A stretch of 64,000 nucleotides of DNA from Candidatus Poribacteria bacterium (GTDB lineage: Bacteria > Poribacteria > WGA-4E > WGA-3G). A program made the translations under genes and the position numbers. Where the stretch lies: assembly GCA_965205015.1 (NCBI GenBank), contig OZ242029.1, positions 3,040,001 through 3,104,000 on the forward strand, written 5' to 3'. Shown here piece after piece: positions 1 to 9,904 of the stretch; the first letter of the stretch is position 1, and every line of letters starts with the position of its first letter. The notes under the pieces are model-generated. The model saw nothing but the letters and a program-made list of their open reading frames with translations. It was not told the DNA's origin and ran no database searches.

Positions 1-297
1 TTCCTCTGGCGTGCCTTGCCATTTGAGTCGCCAAACTTGACGTGTATAGAACCAGGCGACATCGTCCCGTTCCTGCACGTCAAGGTTAATAAATTCAATG
101 CTGAAATCCTCCGTGCTCGCGGCGTGGTTTCGGTAATACGCCGCGATTTCTGCGCTTCCCTCAACGACTTCGTCAGCATCGGTACCGATCTTGACGTAGT
201 GTGAGGCAGGAAGCATCAGGGCAATGAGGGTTTCAGCATCACCAACAACAAGCGCGTCAAAATACGCCGTCACTGTCTCATACGCATTCCGCATCAT
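1..297 (-). CDS. SnoaL/NTF2-like family protein, 3' end beyond window edge
   Basis: Hand-translated, not in the ORF track: MMRNAYETVTAYFDALVVGDAETLIALM...VKIGTDADEVVEGSAEIAAYY...DVAWF. Open to the window edge and overlaps the end of the upstream gene by 20 nt. Confidence 0.7.
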   Translation of the reverse strand, partial: MMRNAYETVTAYFDALVVGDAETLIALMLPASHYVKIGTDADEVVEGSAEIAAYYRNHAASTEDFSIEFINLDVQERDDVAWFYTRQVWRLKWQGTPEE

Positions 298-868
298 GGA
301 TTCCCGTGAGAGCGTCCCACAAGGCGGCACTCATCTGTTCACACGCTTGCACGACAGTGGCGTGCGAATCTGATGGCAAGGCGCCGATATGCGCAAGCAG
401 TTTTTCCGCTTCATGCTCGTTGTGTGAATGTGTTACAAAATAGGGCTTCACCGATTCTGGGAGTTGATAGAACGCCTTCAAACCTGCGAGTTTCGATTGG
501 GCGGTCGCCGGTTGCTGTACTTCAAACGCATAGAGTGCCCCGAGAGCAGTCGTGGGTTCCGAGAAAAGTTCGTGTGCCGTCTCCATCAATGCCTTCACCT
601 GCGGAATTTGCGCTTCAGTAACGGCGGTGTCAAGTCCAGCAGCGAAGTCTGCCCACAAGTCGATGTGTTCGATCTCCTCCGCTGCGATTTCGGTGTCGCC
701 GAGTGCTTCCCATCCTATCGGCACTGTAGAGATAAAAGTACCATACTCACGTGCATAGGAGCGTAGGGCTTCGACGGGTAATTCGCCCGCACTCCACGCT
801 TGGTAAAATGGGTGATTGAGTAAGTTGTAATCTGCGATTTTGCTGTCTAAGGCTTGTTTGAAATCCAT
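278..868 (-). CDS. CADD/PqqC/TenA-like heme-oxygenase-fold iron redox protein
   Basis: LLNHPFYQAWSAGEL...YAREY, EEIEHIDLW, GALYAFEVQQP and LWDAL motifs. Confidence 0.8.
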   Translation of the reverse strand: MDFKQALDSKIADYNLLNHPFYQAWSAGELPVEALRSYAREYGTFISTVPIGWEALGDTEIAAEEIEHIDLWADFAAGLDTAVTEAQIPQVKALMETAHELFSEPTTALGALYAFEVQQPATAQSKLAGLKAFYQLPESVKPYFVTHSHNEHEAEKLLAHIGALPSDSHATVVQACEQMSAALWDALTGIHDAECV

Positions 869-984
869 TAAATTGTTTACTCCGTTTTATGTATGTCAAT
901 AATGTTCAACAATCCGTTGATGCTTTCCACAGTAATTCTCGGTTTGCAGGTTACGCCGAGACGTACTGTTCGTGGCATGTTTTT

Positions 985-1014
985 AGTATAGCATACACCG
1001 TGTATCGGTGTCAA
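985..1014 (-). promoter_or_regulatory. sigma70-type promoter upstream of the CADD-like gene
   Basis: Minus strand TTGACA-N18-TATACT with extended TGn. Confidence 0.6.
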
Positions 1015-1022
1015 ACAAAGGT

Positions 1023-1185
1023 GCGTTACTTTTTTAGGTGATTTCGTTTTCGATTTCACGTTTAGTTTTCGTTCACTTCTGTGAAGAAAAAATATATAAA
1101 ACGTAAGCGTTACACCTGTTACGGCACACGGCGTGTGCCTACCACTTTTAAAACTAAATAGCCCTGGCGTTACTTTTTTAGGTGA
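1023..1185. repeat. 19-bp direct repeat flanking a GTAG-type REP hairpin
   Basis: GCGTTACTTTTTTAGGTGA at 1023 and 1167; GTAGGCACACGCCGTGTGCCGTAAC on the minus strand at 1118-1142. Confidence 0.65.
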
Positions 1186-1369
1186 ATTGTATTTTTCAGG
1201 ATACGGCATCTACCCAGAGGTCTCCCGTGATGAGACTCAAAAAACGAGAATAGATGTTTCTACTTGACGATAGCAGTGTAACCCGATTTAAAAATCGTTT
1301 TGAATTAAACCTAAAATTTGCTATAATACTTCGGAAGACCCGAAGCGTTATTCATGAGAGGGAATTGTT

Positions 1370-2113
1370 ATGACGGAAGAACAGAAATTTATTTTTGATC
1401 TCAAGGGGTACCTGTTAATTCCTGAAGTTTTAAAGCCTTCGGAAATTGCGGCATTGAAAGTACAAATTGAGACGATTCGAACAAATCCTGAGTCTTTGCC
1501 GCCGCACGAACGGCGGTTTCCAGGGGGGACCGCGTCATTTTTAATTGATCATCCAGTGGTGATGGATATTCTCCATGAAATTTTAGGAGAAGTTCGGATG
1601 GAATCCAGTTGGTTCACCTACCGCACTGTTGGAGATGGAGGCCCCCCGCCACATGGTGGTGTGCGAAACGTGAATCCCAACTTCAACTACCAGTGTCGAG
1701 ACGGGAAAATCTACTCCGCACTGACGCGGGTTGTCTTTGAACTGAACGAAGTCAAAGCGGGTGAGGGGGGTACATTATTTTTGCCGGGAAGCCACAAAGC
1801 GAACTTCCAAATTCCTGAAGGGCATCGGCAGACGGATTCACCGCTCTTTGAAACCTACAGTTGTCCCCCGGGTTCCGTCATTATCTTCACGGAAAACCTT
1901 TGTCATTCTGGGGTTGCTTGGCAAAATCCAGATCGACCGCGGATCGCTATCTTCAATTGTTATAACTTCGTTGGGTGTCAATTTCACAAACCCTCGGTGC
2001 CGAAGCATGTGATTGAAGGGTTGCCTCCAGAAAAACAGGCATATTTTCGTAACGTTTGGGTGTGGCATCAAGGTGGTTCCGACAATGGAAAAAACCTACG
2101 TTACGAGGGTTAA
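1370..2113 (+). CDS. Phytanoyl-CoA dioxygenase (PhyH) family protein
   Basis: FDLKGYLLIPEVL, GGTLFLPGSHK, GSVIIFTENLCH motifs; GAGAGGG RBS. Confidence 0.85.
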   Translation: MTEEQKFIFDLKGYLLIPEVLKPSEIAALKVQIETIRTNPESLPPHERRFPGGTASFLIDHPVVMDILHEILGEVRMESSWFTYRTVGDGGPPPHGGVRNVNPNFNYQCRDGKIYSALTRVVFELNEVKAGEGGTLFLPGSHKANFQIPEGHRQTDSPLFETYSCPPGSVIIFTENLCHSGVAWQNPDRPRIAIFNCYNFVGCQFHKPSVPKHVIEGLPPEKQAYFRNVWVWHQGGSDNGKNLRYEG

Positions 2114-2193
2114 TGCGTGTTGCGCGCAGGAGCGTTTCTATAATATAGAAGGGCGGATCCAGGAAGGCTGGCGTTCCAATCCGGACATCATGC

Positions 2194-2523
2194 ATGGCTC
2201 CAGAAACAAACATACCCTCCGCATCACTGATCTGCATAGCGCGGGCTGACGCATCCCGTAGCGTCTCAAAGTGGCGTTGGATCGTGTTTGGTGCTGTTCT
2301 CAGTATTCTGCCTATGATCAATATTGTGGTTCTCGGTATCAGTGCCGCTGTTATGGGTATTTTAACACCTAAAATAGACTTGTCCACGCCGAAACGGCTC
2401 ACGTTCTATTTCCAAAATCCAGCGTGCTACACGGTGGAATACCAGCGGACAGCAAAAAGATTGCGATGCCTTCGAACTTTGTACGGATGGCTTGCTGGCT
2501 TCATTATTTTCAAGCTTTTTTGA
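2194..2523 (+). CDS. Hypothetical membrane protein
   Basis: 109-aa ORF with a hydrophobic segment, filling the gap between co-oriented genes. Confidence 0.4.
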   Translation: MAPETNIPSASLICIARADASRSVSKWRWIVFGAVLSILPMINIVVLGISAAVMGILTPKIDLSTPKRLTFYFQNPACYTVEYQRTAKRLRCLRTLYGWLAGFIIFKLF

Positions 2524-2542
2524 GGAAGAAGGGAACAAGCAA

Positions 2543-2869
2543 ATGTCAGATAAACCAACGCCTTACAAAGGATTGGAAGATCAACTGATCTTGCGAGACC
2601 ATCTTGCTGCAGATCGGACGATCCTCGCCAACGAGCGAACCTTCCTTGCCTATATTCGCACGGCATTAACGTTGTTCGTCGCGGGTTTATCTTTTGTCCA
2701 TCTCAAAATTTTTGAATCACACGTTTTTGAGGTGATCGGTATCGTCTTTATTTTACTCGGCATTGCGACCTTCTTCGTTGGGCTTTTCAGATACAAACGG
2801 ATGCAAGCCTTGATTCGTAAGATTAAGCAAGAAGAATTAGAGGAATTAGGAGAAAAAGATTCACAATGA
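2543..2869 (+). CDS. DUF202 (YidH-like) membrane protein
   Basis: RDHLAADRTILANERTFLAYIRTAL signature; ATG at 2543 after a purine-rich RBS. Confidence 0.85.
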   Translation: MSDKPTPYKGLEDQLILRDHLAADRTILANERTFLAYIRTALTLFVAGLSFVHLKIFESHVFEVIGIVFILLGIATFFVGLFRYKRMQALIRKIKQEELEELGEKDSQ

Positions 2870-3888
2870 AAATAAGAGAGGTTGTTGTAACAGGTCAGAA
2901 CCAAGTGGCGCTGCAGACTGCCGATATAGACGCATCGGTGCTCGCTGCCAACGAATTGCTGATAGACACAGAATACACCTTTATCAGTAGTGGCACAGAA
3001 CTCGCGAATTATACCGGCAGAGAGCCGAAAGTTTTCCAGAAAGGGGAATGGTGTGAGTATCCGTGGCGTTCTGGTTACGCGAATGTCGGCATTGTGCGTG
3101 AAGTGGGTGCTGGCGTTACCCGCGCAGCCCCTGGTGATCGGGTTTTCACTTATGGACGACACGCGTCTACGATTCGCTACTCACAAGATCGATTGGTTGC
3201 CCCTATTAAAGAAACGGTGGATCCGGCTGTCGTTGCGGCATCACGAATGGCAGGCGTTGCGATGACAGCGATTATTGTGGGAGAAATTGGAACCCATCCA
3301 TGGGTCGTCGTTTTCGGCTTAGGGCTTGTCGGAAACTTGGCATCCCAGATGTTCCAGATTCACGGCTGCCGTGTTATCGGGGTCGACCCGGTAGCGGAGA
3401 GACGGGAACTCGCCCAGCGGTGTGGGATTGGTCATACCGTCGGCGGCGATGCGGACGAGGCACAAGCGCAGGTTGAGGAGATAACGGGGGGTGAACTTGG
3501 GAATATTACGGTCGATGCTGTAGGGCATAGTGGTGTCGTTATGCAAGCACTTCGCGCCACCGCCAGCCACGGACAACTCATCATCCTCGGTTCCCCGCGT
3601 GTTGAAGTCCAAGGGAACCTGACGGATCTGCTCTCCGAAACACATCTGCGATGGATTACCATCCGTGGGGCATTGGAGTGGTGCGTGCCGATGTATCCGG
3701 ACATCGGGAATAGAACCTCTCAATGGAGCAAACAGCAAACTATCTTTGACTGGATGGCACGCGGGGAATTGCACGTTGACCCCTTAATCTCTCATCGTCT
3801 CAAACCGGAACAGATTAAGCAGGCTTACGATGGTCTCCTCAACGAACCGAATGTGTATACAGGTGTTGTTTTAGATTGGAATTTTTAA
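2866..3888 (+). CDS. Zinc-binding (MDR) alcohol dehydrogenase family protein
   Basis: ISSGTE, GYANVG and GLGLVG Rossmann motif; ATGA overlap with the upstream gene. Confidence 0.85.
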   Translation: MKIREVVVTGQNQVALQTADIDASVLAANELLIDTEYTFISSGTELANYTGREPKVFQKGEWCEYPWRSGYANVGIVREVGAGVTRAAPGDRVFTYGRHASTIRYSQDRLVAPIKETVDPAVVAASRMAGVAMTAIIVGEIGTHPWVVVFGLGLVGNLASQMFQIHGCRVIGVDPVAERRELAQRCGIGHTVGGDADEAQAQVEEITGGELGNITVDAVGHSGVVMQALRATASHGQLIILGSPRVEVQGNLTDLLSETHLRWITIRGALEWCVPMYPDIGNRTSQWSKQQTIFDWMARGELHVDPLISHRLKPEQIKQAYDGLLNEPNVYTGVVLDWNF

Positions 3889-3968
3889 TTATACCTTGCG
3901 GATCAATGGCGTGGTTTGGGGCTTTCGTGTTTTTTGTGTTCGAGTCGTCCTCCACTTCGTTACGGGCT
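3884..3968. repeat. ~85-bp dispersed element, copy 1
   Basis: TTTTAATTATACCTTGCGG-N47-CCTCCACTTCGTTACGGGCT; related copies at 6800, 31498 and 32692. Confidence 0.8.
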
Positions 3969-4076
3969 TGGTGTTTGGTGTTATCCTATACAAGATTCTC
4001 AAATAGCGTTGCGACTTAATCAGCAATCTGCGCGTCATGGAATGGAGCGCAGGATAGAAACTTAATAATTAGAAAA

Positions 4077-4970
4077 ATGGAAAAAACAGAAATATTCCGG
4101 AACTGCATCCAATCTGAGTTGCCTCCGGGACTCAAAATACGGTTCGATAAAAAGCAAGTGATGGCTCTCACTTTCTCACCAGATGGCACCCGACTCGCTG
4201 CAGGTGGCGATGGGCGTATCTGGATATATGACACAGCCACCGGGGCACAATTCGCGATGCTCTCAGGTTATACGGAACACATGCGGGCATTGGCATTTGC
4301 GCCGGATAATTCTCTGCTTGCCAGTGGAAGTGAGGACAATACGCTTCGACTCTGGGACACCGCCACGGCGCGCGAAGTCCTAACGCTCGCTGGCGATTCT
4401 CATCTGGTGAACGCGTTAGCATCATCTTCACCCGATGGGGTCCCACTTCCGGGCTGGGATCCACGGACGGAGCGGTTGCTTGCCGCTTCTACTGAAGCCC
4501 CTGGTAGAATTAGAAGTCTCGCCTTTTCGCCGGATGGAACAACCCTCGCGAGTGGAAGCGCGGACGGCAAAATTCGCGTGTGGGAAGTCGAAACGGGCGG
4601 CCTGCTCTCCACTTTTTCAGCACACGACGGACTCGTCTTGGCTTTGGCATTTTCACCTGAAAATGAAACACTGGCGAGTGGCGGTTCCGATACGCTTGTG
4701 AGGCTATGGAATTTGGAAAGCAAGCACTTGCTCTCTATTTTAAGGGGGCATACCGACTCAGTCAGTGCGTTGGCGTTTTCTGCCGATGGTGAATTGCTTG
4801 TCAGCGGCGGAAGGGATAACTATATTCAGTTGTGGGAAACGGGAGATGATAACCCTATATCCATGTTTCCTGTCCAAGAAGGTATCATTCGTGAATTGAC
4901 TTTTTCAGTAGATGGTGAAAAACTTATATACGCCACACAGGACGGTTCGCTCTTCATAAGAGGGCGATGA
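4077..4970 (+). CDS. WD40 repeat protein
   Basis: Repeated LAFSPDG..LASGS.D..IRLW motifs. Confidence 0.9.
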   Translation: MEKTEIFRNCIQSELPPGLKIRFDKKQVMALTFSPDGTRLAAGGDGRIWIYDTATGAQFAMLSGYTEHMRALAFAPDNSLLASGSEDNTLRLWDTATAREVLTLAGDSHLVNALASSSPDGVPLPGWDPRTERLLAASTEAPGRIRSLAFSPDGTTLASGSADGKIRVWEVETGGLLSTFSAHDGLVLALAFSPENETLASGGSDTLVRLWNLESKHLLSILRGHTDSVSALAFSADGELLVSGGRDNYIQLWETGDDNPISMFPVQEGIIRELTFSVDGEKLIYATQDGSLFIRGR

Positions 4971-5039
4971 TCAGGAAAGAAAAAGTTGGGCACAAACGAA
5001 CCTGATTGGAAAGTGTAAAAGACAGAAGGAGTTGAAGCA

Positions 5040-5861
5040 GTGATCGGTATCTCTTATCATGCGGGTGGTATGAAAGACATCCCCCTACAAGAAGTTATCA
5101 CGATTCTCGCCGATGCAGGCTACGACGCAATCGAGATGATGTGCGGTCCAGAAGCGCATATCCCCTCCGGTGAAGTCACCGATGGTCTACTCAAAGAGGT
5201 CAAAACGAGAGTCGCCGATAGCGGATTAAAGGTCTCAGTCATTAATCCGTTCACGGGAAAAGGCTTATACCAGTTGGCAGCAGAAGACCAGCAGGGTGCA
5301 GTTGACCATTACGCGCTACTTCAAGACGTAGCAGTCGCCCTTGGGGCAGGGGGTGTTAACTTCCTTACAGGGTATGGTGGTGAGAACGGCGACGCCTTCG
5401 CATGGCGGCTCCTTGTTGATGTCCTGAAGCCGATCTGCCGACGTGCTGAAGAACTCGGTATTACCATGAACATCCACAATCACGAAGCGACGACAATAGA
5501 TGCCTCTTCAAAAGTCACGCTTCTGATTGAACATGTTGGCTCTGATGCCTTGAGATCCCTCAATGACATCACCAATTTCTATCATATCGGTGAAGACATC
5601 GCCGAAGTCACCGAAAAACTGGGACCGCTCACGACGCATTGCCATGTGAAAGGCGTGACAGGGATGTATCCCTATAGCACCTTCCTGATCCCCGGGGAAG
5701 ACGGAGATGAGTTGGATTTCCGAACCTTTGCCGAGAGTTTAGGGAACGTCGGTTACGATAAGTACATCTCGGTTGAAACGTTCCCGCACATGCGGATGGA
5801 GAAGGCACAAATCGCTCATGACATGATGGCAAGCACATTGAAAGAGTTGGGACTACGGTGA
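5040..5861 (+). CDS. Sugar phosphate isomerase/epimerase (AP endonuclease 2 TIM barrel)
   Basis: GYDAIE, IHNH, DITN, HCHVK and ISVE motifs; GTG start after AGGAG. Confidence 0.85.
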   Translation: MIGISYHAGGMKDIPLQEVITILADAGYDAIEMMCGPEAHIPSGEVTDGLLKEVKTRVADSGLKVSVINPFTGKGLYQLAAEDQQGAVDHYALLQDVAVALGAGGVNFLTGYGGENGDAFAWRLLVDVLKPICRRAEELGITMNIHNHEATTIDASSKVTLLIEHVGSDALRSLNDITNFYHIGEDIAEVTEKLGPLTTHCHVKGVTGMYPYSTFLIPGEDGDELDFRTFAESLGNVGYDKYISVETFPHMRMEKAQIAHDMMASTLKELGLR

Positions 5862-5870
5862 CATACCAGA

Positions 5871-5955
5871 AATGGAAGGACTTGGTTGGAAGGTTGGAAG
5901 GTTGGAAGATTGGAAGACTGGGCACCCATCCTTCCGTTCTTCCATTCTTCCATTC
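5871..5955. repeat. Octamer-repeat palindromic element between convergent genes
   Basis: (GGAAGGTT)n arm followed by a (CTTCCATT)n arm. Confidence 0.8.
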
Positions 5956-5984
5956 GAGAATCTTTTTTGTCGAGGGGACCAGCA

Positions 5985-6782
5985 CTACAAGGATTTATTG
6001 TCCAACGCCTTGATGCCGGGCCAATCTCGCCACATATCCTCGCTTGGCGGTTCTTCTTGCGTTTGTTCTAATTCCGTTTTCCGGAAGTCGTATAGGACTG
6101 CTTGTCGGATTTGTCGCGAATAGTTATGTCCTGCAGCGTGACCAATCCGATGGTGCCAGAAGACGACATCCCCTGCGTTCCCGTAGCATTCAACACCTGC
6201 TTCTCTGCTGAGACGCTCGCGGTCGATCTCGTATTGCGGGGTCGGCTCGTTCTTGTATTGGGAATGGTAATCGTAATAGAAGATTTTGTGGCTCCCTGGC
6301 CAGACTGTAAAGCCACCGCCCTCTGGCGGTACATCGTCAATATAGCCGACGGCACCGAGATGGAACGGATGTGCGTCAACATGACATCCGATTGATTTCT
6401 TCGGAACATCGCCGTAAGGGAGCGTGCAATAGATACCGCGCACACGGTCGGGCTGTACTAAATTCCCCTCACCCAAAAATTGTTCTGCCATCCGCCAGAC
6501 GTTTGGATCGGTCGCGAGAAGTTGAACCATCCAATCTTCGTCCCCCGGTTCCCGGAAATTCCACCGGAATCCACGTCGATGGTTATTTCCGTCGGGGTTT
6601 TCTTCTTCTGGTGTGAAGGGACCGACCCATGTTTCCGGATCCTCGCGTTTGCGCCCTTCGGGAGCGCCCTCCCAGAGCCTTGCCCGTGCCCGCTCCATCA
6701 ATTCCGGGTTCAGGACGTTCCGTTTCACCAAGTACCCTTCATTTCTGAAAAATTCAATGTCTTCCCGTGTAAGTTCAACCAT
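5985..6782 (-). CDS. Phytanoyl-CoA dioxygenase (PhyH) family protein
   Basis: FFRNEGYLV, HVD, GGFTVWPGSH and GDVVFWHHRIGH motifs. Confidence 0.85.
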   Translation of the reverse strand: MVELTREDIEFFRNEGYLVKRNVLNPELMERARARLWEGAPEGRKREDPETWVGPFTPEEENPDGNNHRRGFRWNFREPGDEDWMVQLLATDPNVWRMAEQFLGEGNLVQPDRVRGIYCTLPYGDVPKKSIGCHVDAHPFHLGAVGYIDDVPPEGGGFTVWPGSHKIFYYDYHSQYKNEPTPQYEIDRERLSREAGVECYGNAGDVVFWHHRIGHAAGHNYSRQIRQAVLYDFRKTELEQTQEEPPSEDMWRDWPGIKALDNKSL

Positions 6783-6799
6783 TTTTTATGATTCCTTTT

Positions 6800-6883
6800 T
6801 TTTATTTACCTTGCGGTTAAACAGAGTGGGTTTGGACTTTGATGTGTCTTTCTTATATCCGCTCTCCACTACGTTACGAGCTA
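6800..6883. repeat. ~85-bp dispersed element, copy 2
   Basis: TTTACCTTGCGG-N46-TCTCCACTACGTTACGAGCT. Confidence 0.75.
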
Positions 6884-7075
6884 TACGCTTTTGGACTCTC
6901 CTGAAAAAGAAACAGACACATTGCGCTCGGAAGTCACGCGGTCACAATTATCGTGATGACATGCTTCCACCTAACCACATTTCAAGAATTTTAAAGGAAT
7001 TCAGCGATTTTTTCAAGGAAAAGTTATTGGCTGTCAATGGTCGGTGTGTCGTCTAAAGCAGCCCGACAAACGAAA

Positions 7076-8587
7076 CTACGGAGACCGAAAAGAACTGAGA
7101 CGTATCTCACAGTTAAGATTGCCTTGTAAGCGGAGTGGTATAAATAGTGCAGTTTGTGTGAAGGCGGAATCTCCTACGATAACAGTATCTACCGTGCTTT
7201 GCACCGACAGTCCTGGTGAAAGAGCGTCCCGAAGACCATTTTCCGTGAAAGTGCCACGCGAAACGGACAAGTGATATTCGGAACCATCTAATAACTTTTC
7301 TTGCAGTGTGCTGAGGCGGAGCGTGAGTTTATCTTCAAGGGTCGTTCGGACATTTGAGAAGATCCCCTCGCCTCTATTTTCGACAATTTTTAAGAGTAGA
7401 CTTTGCGTTGTGAAGGCATGGTCAAATTCAGTGATAGCAAAAGACAGTGCTGTGGGACCAGTCCTCGGTGTTCCGAGCAGATAGAGCTGCCCTGTCGCGC
7501 CTAAGAAAGGCATACGGAATCCGACATCTGCCGCGAGTTGTGTACCACTGCCGTAAAGTGTTAGATTTTCAAGGACGATACCCTTTGGGTTTTGTGCTTT
7601 TTCGATATAGGACCTGGCGAGGTCTTCAAGGGCAGCATAAGTTATCTGAACTGGCGCATTGATATGGTAGCCGGGCGTGAGTGCATCCACAAAACGGATG
7701 TCTGGCAAATCGCTACGCGGTTTTGCGGGGGAGGCTGGATCCGTTGATACATCTCCGCCGTTGACCTGAATAAAAGTTTTAATGCCGATGTTTAGAGAGA
7801 GCGTTCTCCTGTCGCCTGTTAGTTTTTGGGCGAGGATTTCTCTCGGTTCCAGAGTGAGCACGATGAGCGGTTCTGCCTTCAGTAATATCGGTTTGTGGAG
7901 TTTCGCCCATACATCGGCAGCGCGGGGTTTCAGGTCTATATCGATATTGGCAATGGTTTCTTGTAATTGCGGGAGGACTGTTTCCTTTGCCACTTGCGCG
8001 AAGGTTGCGCGCAGTGATAGCGTTTGCCCCTCAAAAAACCATCTGCGTTCTAATACTGCTTCAGCCTCCTGAACAAGGATGTTGACATCTGTTTCTAAAG
8101 TAAAACGCCATTCCGGAGAGAGCGTTGGGGTGAGCGTTAAGGATAGGAGGGCTTGTCCTGTAATAGGCCCTTTCACTGCGAATGAAAGGAAACCCGTATC
8201 AGCGCGTAGCTCGCCGCTGATCTGAAGTGGAATTTTTACTGACACCCTCCCGTCCCTTGTGCTCATGATTGTCGGTGCCCCGGGTTTCAGATAAATGGTA
8301 GCGCGCGCCCTGTCATCTTCCCATTGGATGGGTTCGCGAACATAATTTCCGATGATATCTGCTACGTACTCCCTAACTTTAGGCAGCGGTAGTTCCACTT
8401 TCGCGGTAAGGGTTGAGAGGATCGGCGCGGGTAAGGGGCCCGGTATAACTTCCCGCGGCGGCGCGAGCGATTCAACGTCTCTGTTCGACTTCCATGGGAT
8501 CAACAGAAATAGAGCCGTCAAGATCAACACAATCCCCAGAGAAATAAGGCTGATAATTATTTTTTTCGATCTCGTCATAACTTTCAT
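7076..8587 (-). CDS. DUF4403-like membrane-anchored protein
   Basis: N-terminal TM helix, P.P..S.L...V.LP start and GQLYLLGTP motif; 503 aa, beta-rich. Confidence 0.6.
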   Translation of the reverse strand: MKVMTRSKKIIISLISLGIVLILTALFLLIPWKSNRDVESLAPPREVIPGPLPAPILSTLTAKVELPLPKVREYVADIIGNYVREPIQWEDDRARATIYLKPGAPTIMSTRDGRVSVKIPLQISGELRADTGFLSFAVKGPITGQALLSLTLTPTLSPEWRFTLETDVNILVQEAEAVLERRWFFEGQTLSLRATFAQVAKETVLPQLQETIANIDIDLKPRAADVWAKLHKPILLKAEPLIVLTLEPREILAQKLTGDRRTLSLNIGIKTFIQVNGGDVSTDPASPAKPRSDLPDIRFVDALTPGYHINAPVQITYAALEDLARSYIEKAQNPKGIVLENLTLYGSGTQLAADVGFRMPFLGATGQLYLLGTPRTGPTALSFAITEFDHAFTTQSLLLKIVENRGEGIFSNVRTTLEDKLTLRLSTLQEKLLDGSEYHLSVSRGTFTENGLRDALSPGLSVQSTVDTVIVGDSAFTQTALFIPLRLQGNLNCEIRLSSFRSP

Positions 8588-8622
8588 CTCGTGTGTTTTG
8601 GGCAGAAAAGTTACAGAAAAAT

Positions 8623-9831
8623 CTAATCGCTATCCGCAGCCAAGACCGCCTTCACACAGCGGAACCCGCTCGGGCGATTCGCCGTATATCTGTGGACACG
8701 GACACCGTATCCTAAGAGGTCCGGCAGGGGGTCCCGCCAATTGCCTCCCAGCAGCACCCCGTCATAATCAGCATCAGTACTTGGAAAATTACTGACAACG
8801 TTTGATATTTTGTCGTCAAAAGACAGATGATAATCAAACTGAGACTTTGAAACGATACTACCGGTGCTAAGTCCTCTATCCAAGCTCAATTCCGACACGT
8901 TGCCCCACATGTCATAGAGACCATACCCATTCGGGGCATAACTCCCTACAGGCGTGGTATCGCCAACTTCGTTTGCGAGATTGGATCTGGTAACATTAAA
9001 AAACTTATCCACCCAGCGGTATCTTTTACCGACTAACCCCTCGCGTGCTGCATGCAACCATTCTCCGGCTGTTGGTAAACGTTTCTGTGCCCATGTGGCG
9101 TATGCCATTGCTCCGTACCAACTCACATTACTGACTGGGTGATTCTCATATCCCTCCTTCACATGATAAACGCCATTCACATGCTCTATTCGGGGCTCAG
9201 GATATTCGAGCTTAAAAAACACGAGGTTATACAATGCACGCCCAACTCCATTAAGAAACTTAAGATAATCTGTTATGACCTCCTCAGAACCTTCGAGCTG
9301 AACCCAGACGCGCGCTGTATCTATATCTTTACCACTCTCGTTGAGGAACACCACGTATTCTGCGTTTGTCACTTCATATCTATCCATATAGAAAGCACCA
9401 ATGTAGATATCAGGGGAACGGGGATCGCCGCCCCATTTAAGTTTACCTTCGGGAATCAGCACCATGCCCTCAGGTCCCGAGGACCCGGAAGGTAGCTGTG
9501 CTGTATGTGCCTTGATTTCGGTAAAGGGATTCGTTTTGACTTTGGCAGCACCCACGAGAACTAACAAGAGCACAGGGGAGATGGCTATTAAAATCCCGAT
9601 CCACTTTCGTCCATAAACCTTCATTTCTCGGTACCCCTGAATCGCTGCCCCAATGACAAATCCCCAGAAAGCCCACACCACAACAACAGGTACGTCAAAG
9701 CCGAGATAAAAGAGTTTATCCAGTGCGATAAAAAACATAACCGCGCCACCTTGGAGTAGGGCTCCGATAATACAGACAATCAGGAAAAACCCGAGAAGAA
9801 TCGCAATACAACCAACATTCCCTTTTTTCAT
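8623..9831 (-). CDS. Membrane protein with FGE-sulfatase (SUMF1-like) domain
   Basis: N-terminal TM helices; FYMDRYEVTNAEY, HPVSNVSW, RLPTAGEW, NGYGLYDMWGNV and GFRC motifs; ATG at 9831 has an RBS. Confidence 0.85.
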   Translation of the reverse strand: MKKGNVGCIAILLGFFLIVCIIGALLQGGAVMFFIALDKLFYLGFDVPVVVVWAFWGFVIGAAIQGYREMKVYGRKWIGILIAISPVLLLVLVGAAKVKTNPFTEIKAHTAQLPSGSSGPEGMVLIPEGKLKWGGDPRSPDIYIGAFYMDRYEVTNAEYVVFLNESGKDIDTARVWVQLEGSEEVITDYLKFLNGVGRALYNLVFFKLEYPEPRIEHVNGVYHVKEGYENHPVSNVSWYGAMAYATWAQKRLPTAGEWLHAAREGLVGKRYRWVDKFFNVTRSNLANEVGDTTPVGSYAPNGYGLYDMWGNVSELSLDRGLSTGSIVSKSQFDYHLSFDDKISNVVSNFPSTDADYDGVLLGGNWRDPLPDLLGYGVRVHRYTANRPSGFRCVKAVLAADSD

Positions 9832-9904
9832 AATTCGTAACCCCCTTCTCATAAATAAATGAAATTTATTTATCACACTTGTTTCGTAGGAATCCCTGAA
9901 ATTA

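Noticed and set aside
5872-6123. Short ORFs reading WKVGRLEDWK, and the ORFs at 36038-36409
   Set aside because: Translations of intergenic repeats that overlap real genes on the opposite strand
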